Assembly (NCBI GenBank): GCA_964603595.1
Contig: CAZRVN010000001.1
Span: forward strand, 152,151-216,150
Source of the DNA: an uncultured Actinomycetota bacterium
GTDB taxonomy: Bacteria > Actinomycetota > Humimicrobiia > Humimicrobiales > Humimicrobiaceae
DNA length: 64,000 nt
Direction: 5' to 3'
Shown here: one piece after another, positions 1 to 9,295 of the stretch
Numbering within the stretch: the stretch's first letter is position 1
Layout of the letters: each line of letters begins with the position of its first letter
The notes under the pieces: model-generated
Databases searched by the model: none
What the model saw: the letters and a program-made list of their open reading frames with translations, nothing else
Told to the model about the DNA's origin: nothing
Translations under genes and position numbers: made by a program

Positions 1-602
1 ACCTGCTTGATAAAATTCTCCATAAAGAAGCGGAATCAAGTTTTAATAGTATAACTATTGATGGATGCCAGAGTACAAATGATATGGTAGTGGTAATGAC
101 TAATTCAAAGAGTGGTATTTATATTGAGAATAAAGATAGCAAATATTATAAGGAATTTAAGGATGCCTTTTCTTTTGTAATGAAAGACCTGGCAGAAAAA
201 ATAATTATGGATGGGGAAGGTGCAACTAAATTTATAAAAATAAAGGTTTTGGGTGCAAAAGATAAAACAAGTGCGAGGAAGTTAGCGCTAAAAGTGGCAG
301 ACTCTAATCTTTTTAAGACTGCTATGTTCGGGCAGGACCTTAACTGGGGGAGGATAAATGCGGCACTTGGGTCAGCAGGATGTGATTTTGATCCGGAAAA
401 AGTAGATATATATATGGAAGATATTTTAATTGTAAAGAATGGTATAGGAGTAGATTTCAATAGAGATAAAACTAAAAAGATTATGAAAGGAAGAAAAGTA
501 GGGTTTACTGTCGAAATGAATCAGGGGAAAGAAGAATTTGAAGTTTTAACGACAGATCTTTCATTTGATTATATAAAAATAAATGCTTTATATAAAACAT
601 AG
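1..602 (+). CDS. argJ: Glutamate N-acetyltransferase / ornithine acetyltransferase ArgJ, C-terminal part (5' end lies outside the window)
   Basis: The in-frame translation from the window start reads ...ITIDGCQSTNDMVVVM..., which matches the conserved ArgJ TSTND region. An open reading frame runs into the window edge and sits directly upstream of argB. Confidence 0.85.
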   Translation, partial: LLDKILHKEAESSFNSITIDGCQSTNDMVVVMTNSKSGIYIENKDSKYYKEFKDAFSFVMKDLAEKIIMDGEGATKFIKIKVLGAKDKTSARKLALKVADSNLFKTAMFGQDLNWGRINAALGSAGCDFDPEKVDIYMEDILIVKNGIGVDFNRDKTKKIMKGRKVGFTVEMNQGKEEFEVLTTDLSFDYIKINALYKT

Positions 603-653
603 ATAGAAATAATAAAAATTTTAAAAATGGGAGTTTAGGAGAAGGTAAGGGAG

Positions 654-1595
654 ATGGAAGTTAATGAAGATAATAATTTAAAGGAAGAAAAAATAAAAGA
701 AAATGAGACCTATACCGGAAAAGTAGAAGTACTGTTGGAGTCTTTACCCTATATAAAAGAATATTTTAATAAAGTTGTGGTGGTAAAGATAGGCGGTAGC
801 ATGATGGAGAGCGACGCCATACTGGAAAGCGTTCTTAATGATTTAATCCTTATGAAGTATGTAGGGATTAAGGTAGTGTTAGTGCATGGTGGAGGTAAAC
901 AGATTAGCATGATGTCAGAGGAGAGGGGAATAAAACCTGAATTTATAGACGGATTGAGGATAACAGATAAAGATTCTATAGAAATTGTAAAAATGGTTCT
1001 TATAGGAGATATAAATACAAAGATAGTATCTTTTCTAAACAAGCATGGAAAAATAGCTCTGGGAGTATCTGGTAACGATGCAGGTTTTATAAAATGCAGC
1101 AAGAAAAAATATAAAAAAGATGGCAGGGATATAGATCTCGGTTTTGTAGGAGAAATAGAGAGCATAAATTCAGATTTTTTAAAAAATATTCTGGATGATG
1201 ATTACATGCCTGTTATTGCTACACTCGGGTCTGATAATAAGGGCAATGTTTATAATATTAATGCAGATACATGCGCTGCTGAAATTGCAGTTTCTCTTAA
1301 TGCAAAAAAGATGATACTTCTTACCGATGTAGATGGGATAATGAATGATAGTAAAAAGGAAAAGAATTTAATATCAAAATTAAATATAGATGAGTGTAGC
1401 AGGTTGATAAAGACAAAAAAAATAAGCTCGGGGATGATCCCAAAGGTAAAAGCATGTATAAATGCACTGGAAAATGGTGCAGAAAGGACACATATACTTA
1501 ATGGAGTTAAGAAGCATTCCATACTTTTGGAGATTTTTACTAATAAGGGTATTGGTACTATGATAACCGGTAAAGATAAAGGGGAGCTAAAATGA
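654..1595 (+). CDS. argB: Acetylglutamate kinase
   Basis: VVVKIGGS nucleotide-binding start and amino-acid kinase family features; position in the arg operon. Confidence 0.9.
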   Translation: MEVNEDNNLKEEKIKENETYTGKVEVLLESLPYIKEYFNKVVVVKIGGSMMESDAILESVLNDLILMKYVGIKVVLVHGGGKQISMMSEERGIKPEFIDGLRITDKDSIEIVKMVLIGDINTKIVSFLNKHGKIALGVSGNDAGFIKCSKKKYKKDGRDIDLGFVGEIESINSDFLKNILDDDYMPVIATLGSDNKGNVYNINADTCAAEIAVSLNAKKMILLTDVDGIMNDSKKEKNLISKLNIDECSRLIKTKKISSGMIPKVKACINALENGAERTHILNGVKKHSILLEIFTNKGIGTMITGKDKGELK

Positions 1596-2797
1596 TTGTT
1601 AATAAGAATAAAGAAATATTTGATATTGGAAGTAAATATTTAATGCCGACATACAAGAGGTCACCGGTGGTATTTGAAAAAGCTAAAATGCAGTACCTCT
1701 GGGATGTGGAAGGAAATAAATACCTTGACTTTATAGCCGGGTACGGGTGTCTGAATGTAGGACATTCTAATAAATTTGTAGTTGGCGCATTAAAAAATCA
1801 GGTTGGTAAATTAATCCAGTCTTCAAATATTTATTATAATAAGCCCCAGGTTATGCTGGCTAAAAAATTATGCGAAGTTTCTGGGTTTGGAGAAAAGGTT
1901 TTTTTTGCAAATAGCGGTACCGAATCAATTGAAGGGGCTATAAAGCTGGTAAGGAAATATTCTACGGATAACTATAACCAGGATAGATATGAAATAATTA
2001 CTTTTAAGAGGTCCTTTCATGGAAGGACGCTGGGAGCTCTTGCTGCTACTGCTCAAATAAAGAAACAAAAATTATATGAACCGTTGCTTCAGGGTTTTAA
2101 ATATGCAGAGCTTAATGATATTGAGTCAGTAAAAAAATTAATAAATGAGAATACATGTGCAATCATGCTGGAGCCGGTGCAGGGTGAAGGAGGAATTTTT
2201 CCTGCAGATAAAGGATTTTTAGTAGATTTGAGGAATATATGCAGTGAAAAAAATATACTTCTTATTTTAGACGAAATACAGACAGGTTTCGGAAGGACAG
2301 GAAAAATGTTTGCATACCAGAATTATAGTATTTATCCCGATATACTTGTGGTTGCAAAAAGCCTGGGAGGCGGTATGCCTATAGGAGCAATAATTTCCAA
2401 GGGAAATATAACAGAAAGTTTTGGGCCAGGAACTCATGGATCAACATTTGGTGGTAATGCTGCATCATGTGTAGCAGGTATGGCAGTAATTAATTATATT
2501 CTTGATAATAAACTGGCAGATAAAGCAGCTAAATTGGGCAGATATTTTATGGGGAAATTAATGAAAATAAAGGATAAATATTCAGTTGTTAAAGAAGTAA
2601 GAGGAATGGGGCTTATGGTTGGAATGGAATTTAACGAGCTGGTTGCAGAAAAAATAACACTCGATGCCCTTAATGATAAACTGGTAATTAACAAAGTTTC
2701 AGATAGCACTTTAAGGTTTCTTCCTCCGCTGATAATATCAAAAAAGAATATAGATATACTTTTAAAGTGGCTGGATGGAAAAATAAGGGAGATTTAG
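1592..2797 (+). CDS. argD: Acetylornithine aminotransferase (class III PLP aminotransferase)
   Basis: Class III aminotransferase features (LILDEIQTGFGRTG, the PLP-lysine region). Its start overlaps the argB stop. Confidence 0.9.
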   Translation: MIVNKNKEIFDIGSKYLMPTYKRSPVVFEKAKMQYLWDVEGNKYLDFIAGYGCLNVGHSNKFVVGALKNQVGKLIQSSNIYYNKPQVMLAKKLCEVSGFGEKVFFANSGTESIEGAIKLVRKYSTDNYNQDRYEIITFKRSFHGRTLGALAATAQIKKQKLYEPLLQGFKYAELNDIESVKKLINENTCAIMLEPVQGEGGIFPADKGFLVDLRNICSEKNILLILDEIQTGFGRTGKMFAYQNYSIYPDILVVAKSLGGGMPIGAIISKGNITESFGPGTHGSTFGGNAASCVAGMAVINYILDNKLADKAAKLGRYFMGKLMKIKDKYSVVKEVRGMGLMVGMEFNELVAEKITLDALNDKLVINKVSDSTLRFLPPLIISKKNIDILLKWLDGKIREI

Positions 2798-2798
2798 G

Positions 2799-3707
2799 AT
2801 GAAAAAAGATTTTTTAACTTTAAAGGATTATTCAAAGGATGAGATTGAATATATACTTAATCTTTCAGAGAAGATTAAAAAAGAAAAAAATAAATACAGT
2901 ATTATCCTTAAAGGAAGGAGCATAGCACTTCTTTTTGACAAGCATTCCACAAGGACAAGATTATCTTTTGAAGTAGGTATAAATCAACTTGGAGGAAATT
3001 CTTTGATTATTGATTCAAAAACTTTGCAAATAGGCCGTGGAGAATCATATGAGGATACAGCAAAAATATTTTCTTTATATGTAGATGGGGTAATTATAAG
3101 AACATTCAGGCAGGAAACCCTAGAAATTTTTGCAAAGTACGGGAATATACCGGTTATAAATGGACTGACTGATACCTACCATCCATGTCAGGTATTAGCT
3201 GATATGTTAACCCTTAAGGGTATGGGATTATTAAATAAAGGGCTAAAGTTTGTATACATTGGAGATAGTAATAACGTTACCAGCAGTCTTATTATAGGGT
3301 TTTCAAAAATCGGTATTGATATAAATATTGCATGTCCTGAAAAATATGCCCCTTCAGGGGAAGTAATTGATTATGCCAAAAAACAGAATGGAGGCAGCAA
3401 TATTAATATAATACATGACCCTGTCAAAGCAGTTAAAGATGCTGATGTTATCTATACAGATGTGTGGCTGAGCATGGGTCAGAAAGTTGATGAAAAAAAG
3501 CTTGATGAACTTAAAAAATATCAGGTTAATTCTGACCTATTAAAATATTCAAAAAAGGAAGTAAAGATAATGCACTGCCTGCCAGCTCATATTGGACAGG
3601 AAATTTCATCCGGAGTTCTTTATGGGAAAAATTCGATTGTACTGGAACAGGCATGCAACAGGCTACATGCACAGAAGGGACTTATGGCGTATTTATACGA
3701 AAGTTAA
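2799..3707 (+). CDS. argF: Ornithine carbamoyltransferase
   Basis: STRTR carbamoyl-phosphate-binding motif and the HCLPA motif. Confidence 0.9.
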   Translation: MKKDFLTLKDYSKDEIEYILNLSEKIKKEKNKYSIILKGRSIALLFDKHSTRTRLSFEVGINQLGGNSLIIDSKTLQIGRGESYEDTAKIFSLYVDGVIIRTFRQETLEIFAKYGNIPVINGLTDTYHPCQVLADMLTLKGMGLLNKGLKFVYIGDSNNVTSSLIIGFSKIGIDINIACPEKYAPSGEVIDYAKKQNGGSNINIIHDPVKAVKDADVIYTDVWLSMGQKVDEKKLDELKKYQVNSDLLKYSKKEVKIMHCLPAHIGQEISSGVLYGKNSIVLEQACNRLHAQKGLMAYLYES

Positions 3708-3744
3708 AATATATATTAATAAAGATTGCAGGTAAAATAATAAA

Positions 3745-4203
3745 ATGAATAGATCTAAAAGACTTAATTTAATAGAAGAGATAATAAGTTCAAAAAAAAT
3801 TTCTTCACAGGAGGAATTATTAAATGAACTTATTAAAAAGGGTTATAATATAACACAATCAACTATCTCAAGAGATTTGAATTATTTAAGAGTGTCAAAA
3901 GTTAGAAACTACCTCAACGATGAATATTATACTATTAATAGAAGCTCATTTGAGGGTAAATTCATAGACCCTGAAAAATTCAAATCAAAGTTTAAGGAAA
4001 GTGTTGTATCTGTTAAAAGAGCTGGTAACATAATTGTAGTAAAAACTTTTGCAGGTGAGGCCCAGGGTGCAGCTGCAATAATTGATGGCATGAATTTTGT
4101 AGAAATTTTAGGAACAGTAGCAGGTGATGATACAGTAATTTGTATTATTGACGGGTCAGGTAATGCAGAAAAGATACTTAATTTGATGCAGGAGCAGTTT
4201 TAA
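3745..4203 (+). CDS. argR: Arginine repressor ArgR
   Basis: N-terminal winged-helix region (SQEELLNELIKKGYNITQSTISRDL) and a C-terminal oligomerisation/arginine-binding region (GTVAGDDTV). The gene is embedded between argF and argG. Confidence 0.85.
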   Translation: MNRSKRLNLIEEIISSKKISSQEELLNELIKKGYNITQSTISRDLNYLRVSKVRNYLNDEYYTINRSSFEGKFIDPEKFKSKFKESVVSVKRAGNIIVVKTFAGEAQGAAAIIDGMNFVEILGTVAGDDTVICIIDGSGNAEKILNLMQEQF

Positions 4204-4265
4204 AGAAAGTACCTTTTAAAAAGCTTCAAAGCCTGGCTTTAATAATTTTAAAAGAAAGGAAAAAA

Positions 4266-5465
4266 ATGAAAGATAAAGTAGTTCTGGCATATTCAGGTGG
4301 CCTTGATACTTCAATTTCAATTAAATGGATAAAAGACAGGTATAAAATGGATGTAATAGCAGCGTTGATAGACTGCGGCCAGCCGGGTGATCTAAAAAAA
4401 GCTTACCAGAGGGCGCTTGATATTGGAGCATGTAAATCTATAATTATAGATGCAAAAAAAGAATTTATAGATAATTATATTTTTCCTTCAATAAAAGCAA
4501 ATCTAAAATACGAAAAAAAATACCCTCTGGCTACTGCACTGGCAAGACCTTTAATAGTAGAAAAATTGGTGGATACAGCAAAAAAGGAGGGAGCAAAAGC
4601 TGTTGCTCACGGTTGTACCGCAAAAGGGAATGACCAGGTTCGTTTTGATGTGGGTATCAGAAGTCTGGCACCGGATTTAAAGATAATAGCTCCTCTAAGG
4701 GAGTGGGGATTATCAAGAGAAGAAGCAATTAAATATGCAGTAGAAAGCAATATTAAAATACAGGTAACAAAAAAAACCCCCTATAGTATTGATGAGAATT
4801 TATGGGGGAGAAGTATAGAATGCGGTGTGCTTGAAGACCCACGGAAGGAGCCGCCGGAAAGTATTTATCAATGGACAAAAATTACCGGTGATAAAGATAA
4901 GTCAGAATATCTAGAAATAGGATTTTTTAAAGGAGTACCTGTATCACTTAATGGTAAAAATATATCTGCTTATGAAATTATTAAAAAAATTAATAAAATA
5001 GCGGGCTCTTACGGTATTGGAAGAATTGATATGATTGAAAATAGGCTGATTGGGATAAAGTCAAGGGAAATATACGAATCCCCTGCAGCTGAGGTTATAA
5101 TTGAAGCACACAGGCAACTGGAGTCGTTAATACTTGACAGGGAACTTGTTCATTATAAATATTTTCTGGAGGAAAAATTATCAGAACTTGTATATTATGG
5201 ATACTGGCATACTCCTCTGAGAAAATGCATAGATTCTTTTATGGAAGAGAGCCAGAAATTTGTAACAGGAACAGTAAAGATTAAAATCGGGTATAAAAAT
5301 TTTAGTGTTGTTGGAAGAAAATCAAAATTTTCTCTATATGACATTAATCTTGCAACTTATGATAAAGGAGACAGTTTTGATCGCAAACATTCGGAAAGTT
5401 TTATCAGGTTATGGGGATACCCTTATGAAATTTTAAGCAAAAAAAGGGGAATTGATGGAAAATAA
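4266..5465 (+). CDS. argG: Argininosuccinate synthase
   Basis: AYSGGLDTS PP-loop motif and the expected length. Confidence 0.92.
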   Translation: MKDKVVLAYSGGLDTSISIKWIKDRYKMDVIAALIDCGQPGDLKKAYQRALDIGACKSIIIDAKKEFIDNYIFPSIKANLKYEKKYPLATALARPLIVEKLVDTAKKEGAKAVAHGCTAKGNDQVRFDVGIRSLAPDLKIIAPLREWGLSREEAIKYAVESNIKIQVTKKTPYSIDENLWGRSIECGVLEDPRKEPPESIYQWTKITGDKDKSEYLEIGFFKGVPVSLNGKNISAYEIIKKINKIAGSYGIGRIDMIENRLIGIKSREIYESPAAEVIIEAHRQLESLILDRELVHYKYFLEEKLSELVYYGYWHTPLRKCIDSFMEESQKFVTGTVKIKIGYKNFSVVGRKSKFSLYDINLATYDKGDSFDRKHSESFIRLWGYPYEILSKKRGIDGK

Positions 5466-6906
5466 GATATGGAAGGGAAGGATAAAAAAGAATACGGATA
5501 AAGAAGTAGAAAATTTTACTTCTTCAATAGAATCAGATATCAGTCTTTATGGTTATGATATAAAAGGAACAGCTGCTTATTCAGCAGGACTTTATAAAAT
5601 TGGGATAATTACAAAAGATGAGCTGGAAAAAATATTTTATGGCCTGAAAAAAATTAAGCTGGATATAGAAGAAGGAAAGGACATTGATATATACGAGTAT
5701 GAGGATATTCACAGTCTGGTTGAGAATGAACTTGGTAAAATAATAGGTGATGCCGCTATGAAAATTCATACTGGAAGGAGCAGGAATGACCAGGTAGTCC
5801 TGGATGAAAAATTATTTTTAAAAGATATTATACCAGCTGTCCTAAGCGATTTATTAATTATGCAGGATAATATTATGAAAAAAGCACAAGATACAATAGA
5901 TGTAATTATTCCTGCCTATACGCACCTGCAAAAAGCGCAGCCGGTACTTTTTTCACATTATCTTATGTCTTATTTTTATAAGTTTGACAGGGATACTGAG
6001 AATCTTTTTTATAACTTTGAAACATCTGATTCCCTGCCGGTAGGAGCTGCTGCCTGTACAGGGAGTGGATACGAACTGGACATTAAAATACTAAAAGAAA
6101 TTCTTAAATTCAAAAACATTGATGAAAACAGCATGGACACAGTGGGAAGCAGGGATTTTATTATAGATTTTGTATTTACGTGCAGTAAAATAATGCTACA
6201 CCTCAGCAGGTTGTGCGAGGATTTAATAATATACAACAGCAATGAATTTTCATTGATTGATATAGATGAATCATTCTGCACCGGAAGCAGTATCATGCCT
6301 CAGAAAAAAAATCCTGATGTTCTGGAATTAATAAGGGGTAAAAGCTCTCTAGTTATGGGAAATCTCATGCAATTGTTAATGATATTTAAAGGTCTACCGT
6401 CAACTTATAACCGCGATCTTCAGGAGGATAAAAAGATTTTATTCAGCGTGTACGAAGAAACAATATCCAGTGTAAATGTATTTTCAAGGTTAATTAAGAA
6501 AATAAAACTTAATAAGCTAAAAATAGAGAATTCGTTGAAAGAGGGATTTATGGAAGCTACCGATATAGCAGATTACCTTGTAAAGAAAGGTGAAAGTTTC
6601 AGGAAAGCTCATAATATTACAGGCAGCATAATAAGTTACTGTATAAATAAAAAAATATCTTTCAAGGATTTAAAACTAAAAGAGCTTAAAAAATATTCGT
6701 CCCATTTTGATAGTGATATCTATGATTATACAAATATTAACTCCTGTATATCCCATAAAAAGGTTGATTGCGGCACTGAAAAGGGGAGGGTAGTTTCGAG
6801 CATCAGTTCTGCAAAGAAAAAGGTAAGCAGTAATCAGCAAAAACTAAAGGACCTTAAAAAAAGGATACCTTCCATTGATAGTATATTTAGTTATATCGCA
6901 AAATAG
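5452..6906 (+). CDS. argH: Argininosuccinate lyase
   Basis: Fumarase/aspartase family signature (GSSIMPQKKNPD). Its start overlaps the argG stop. Confidence 0.92.
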   Translation: MMENKIWKGRIKKNTDKEVENFTSSIESDISLYGYDIKGTAAYSAGLYKIGIITKDELEKIFYGLKKIKLDIEEGKDIDIYEYEDIHSLVENELGKIIGDAAMKIHTGRSRNDQVVLDEKLFLKDIIPAVLSDLLIMQDNIMKKAQDTIDVIIPAYTHLQKAQPVLFSHYLMSYFYKFDRDTENLFYNFETSDSLPVGAAACTGSGYELDIKILKEILKFKNIDENSMDTVGSRDFIIDFVFTCSKIMLHLSRLCEDLIIYNSNEFSLIDIDESFCTGSSIMPQKKNPDVLELIRGKSSLVMGNLMQLLMIFKGLPSTYNRDLQEDKKILFSVYEETISSVNVFSRLIKKIKLNKLKIENSLKEGFMEATDIADYLVKKGESFRKAHNITGSIISYCINKKISFKDLKLKELKKYSSHFDSDIYDYTNINSCISHKKVDCGTEKGRVVSSISSAKKKVSSNQQKLKDLKKRIPSIDSIFSYIAK

Positions 6907-6959
6907 CATTTATATTATTATAATCCAAAAATTAACTGCTATATCTTAGATTGTTTTAA

Positions 6960-9275
6960 ATGAAAAAATTCACTAAAAAATTAGAATTAACTGCACCGGC
7001 AGGCGGAATGGAACAGTTAACAGCAGCGGTAAATGCTGGTGCAGATTCTGTTTATCTAGGATATAAAAAATTCGGAGCGAGAGCTTATGCGGATAATTTT
7101 GACTTGAACCAGCTAAAAAGAGCAGTAAAGTATGCCCACACTCACGGTGTAAAAATATACCTTACAATTAATACCCTTATAAAAAACAATGAAATAAGGG
7201 AATTATTGGAGTTCTTGAAGGAATATACAAATATTTGTACTGATGGGTTTATAATACAGGATTTTTGTATATATAAAATAATAAAGGACCTTTTTGATGA
7301 TATACCAATACATGCAAGTACCCAGCTTAATCTTCATAATATTTATTCATTAAGGTTTATAAACCGCCTTGGAGTTAAAAGAGTTATCCCTGCAAGAGAG
7401 ATGACACTGGATGAGATAGAAGAGATGTGTAAAGGGGATTTAGCAAAAATTGAAATTTTTGTTCATGGTTCCCAGTGTTATTCTTATTCAGGAAGCTGTT
7501 ATTTTAGTTCATTTATAGGGGGTAGAAGTGGAAACAGGGGAAGATGTACCCAGCCCTGCAGAATGAAATACAGGATGGTAGAGGAGATAAATGGGGGAAA
7601 AAAATATATAACTGGTAAGGGATATATCTTAAGCAAGAGTGATTTATGCCTGCTGGAATTTTTACCTGAGATATCAGCAGCAGGAGTAGATGCTATAAAA
7701 ATAGAAGGAAGAATGAAATCTAAAGAATATGTAGGTATTGTCACAAAGATTTATCGCAAATATATTGACCTGTACTATAACAATCCTGGAGGCTACAGAA
7801 TTGACGAATATGACATTTATAAACTTACCCAGATATTCTCAAGAGAGCTGGGGGCTGGTTATATAAAAAATAAATACCCGAGGGAAATTATTTCTATAGA
7901 AAAGTCCGGAAGTATCGGTAATTTTATGGGTAGAGTTTATAAGGTAGATTATAAGGATATAAACAGAAGAAAAATAAAAAATATTTACATAAGCAGTAAA
8001 TGGGAAATAAACAAGGGTGATATTATTGAAATATGGACTAAAAAAGGGAATTGCAGGATAAATATTAGAGATTTAGAAGAACTTGAAAAGAAGAATAAAA
8101 AGTACAAATACAGGATAAAAGTTGATAGAGACAATAATATACTAAAAAAAGACAGGGTATTCAAATATTTTGATAAAAAGATTGATGATGAAGCTGCTGA
8201 TTTATTTAGATATGATATAAAAAAAGATACGGGAAAAGAAACAAAAACTAAAAGAAATTTTAATAGAATAAATGAAAATATTATAGAGGGATACTTGAGC
8301 AAGTTTTTAATTGGAGATAAAGAAAAAATTCCAGATAAATATGGAAAAAAATTAATAATTAAATCACGTGTTTACAGCCAGGATTTTCTGGAATTTTCCA
8401 TAGAAAATGGGGCAAAAAACATAATATATTCTAATATTGAGGGATTAAAATATAAAAATAGATTAAAAAGTAATGTTATAAATTCGATAAAAAAATATAA
8501 TAAAGAAAAGGGCGTAACAATCTGTGTAGATACACCGCAGATTGTCTTTGATGATAATTTTAAATCAATTAAAAACATCATAATAGATTTAATTGATGAA
8601 GGAATTAAAAGTTTCAGGGTATCCAATCCTGGTGTACTTGATTTCATGATGGAATTAAACAGGAAGAAGAAGGATATTGGTATTTACCTGAGCTCAGGTT
8701 TTAATCTATTTAATACAATAGCTATAAATTTTTTTAATGAATTGATAAATGAAGAATTAGTCTTGAAAGGAGTCGAACTTTCTCCGGAACTTAATTTAAA
8801 AGAAATTTACGGAATAGTAACGAATATACTGACAGATAACCCTGATTTATACAGTAAGAAAATTGAATTTTCAATTTTTGGCCATGGTTTTATTAAAATT
8901 ATGAGTTCAAGATATAAACTTGAATTTATAGCAGACAGGAAAGAAAAAGGTAAATTCTATATGGAAGATATAAAAGGCTACAGGTTCCCTGTTGCATCGG
9001 ATTATAATGGAAATATGATAATTTCTAATTCTAAAAATATATGCACTTTATTTGACCTGGATAAAATAAAGGAAAGTAAAGTAGAAAGCCTGATTGTAGA
9101 CAGCATGTTCTATAGCAGGAGAGATTTTGCTAAGATACTGAAGAGTTACAGGGAAGCGTTAAACATACTTTTCAATAAGGGAATTAAGGAATACAGAAAC
9201 TTCACCTCATATCTCGAAAACGATAAACTTTTTTCAAATTATTCAAAAGGGCATCTTTTTCGTGGAGTAGAGTAG
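6960..9275 (+). CDS. U32 family peptidase (collagenase-like / RlhA-TrhP-like), unusually long at 771 aa
   Basis: U32 signature region E-x-F-x-HG-x-x-C-Y-S-Y-SG-x-C with the cysteine cluster RGRCTQPCR. The C-terminal ~350 aa resembles a second TIM-barrel-like U32 half. Confidence 0.75.
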   Translation: MKKFTKKLELTAPAGGMEQLTAAVNAGADSVYLGYKKFGARAYADNFDLNQLKRAVKYAHTHGVKIYLTINTLIKNNEIRELLEFLKEYTNICTDGFIIQDFCIYKIIKDLFDDIPIHASTQLNLHNIYSLRFINRLGVKRVIPAREMTLDEIEEMCKGDLAKIEIFVHGSQCYSYSGSCYFSSFIGGRSGNRGRCTQPCRMKYRMVEEINGGKKYITGKGYILSKSDLCLLEFLPEISAAGVDAIKIEGRMKSKEYVGIVTKIYRKYIDLYYNNPGGYRIDEYDIYKLTQIFSRELGAGYIKNKYPREIISIEKSGSIGNFMGRVYKVDYKDINRRKIKNIYISSKWEINKGDIIEIWTKKGNCRINIRDLEELEKKNKKYKYRIKVDRDNNILKKDRVFKYFDKKIDDEAADLFRYDIKKDTGKETKTKRNFNRINENIIEGYLSKFLIGDKEKIPDKYGKKLIIKSRVYSQDFLEFSIENGAKNIIYSNIEGLKYKNRLKSNVINSIKKYNKEKGVTICVDTPQIVFDDNFKSIKNIIIDLIDEGIKSFRVSNPGVLDFMMELNRKKKDIGIYLSSGFNLFNTIAINFFNELINEELVLKGVELSPELNLKEIYGIVTNILTDNPDLYSKKIEFSIFGHGFIKIMSSRYKLEFIADRKEKGKFYMEDIKGYRFPVASDYNGNMIISNSKNICTLFDLDKIKESKVESLIVDSMFYSRRDFAKILKSYREALNILFNKGIKEYRNFTSYLENDKLFSNYSKGHLFRGVE

Positions 9276-9295
9276 AAGAAACTTTAAAAATGTTA

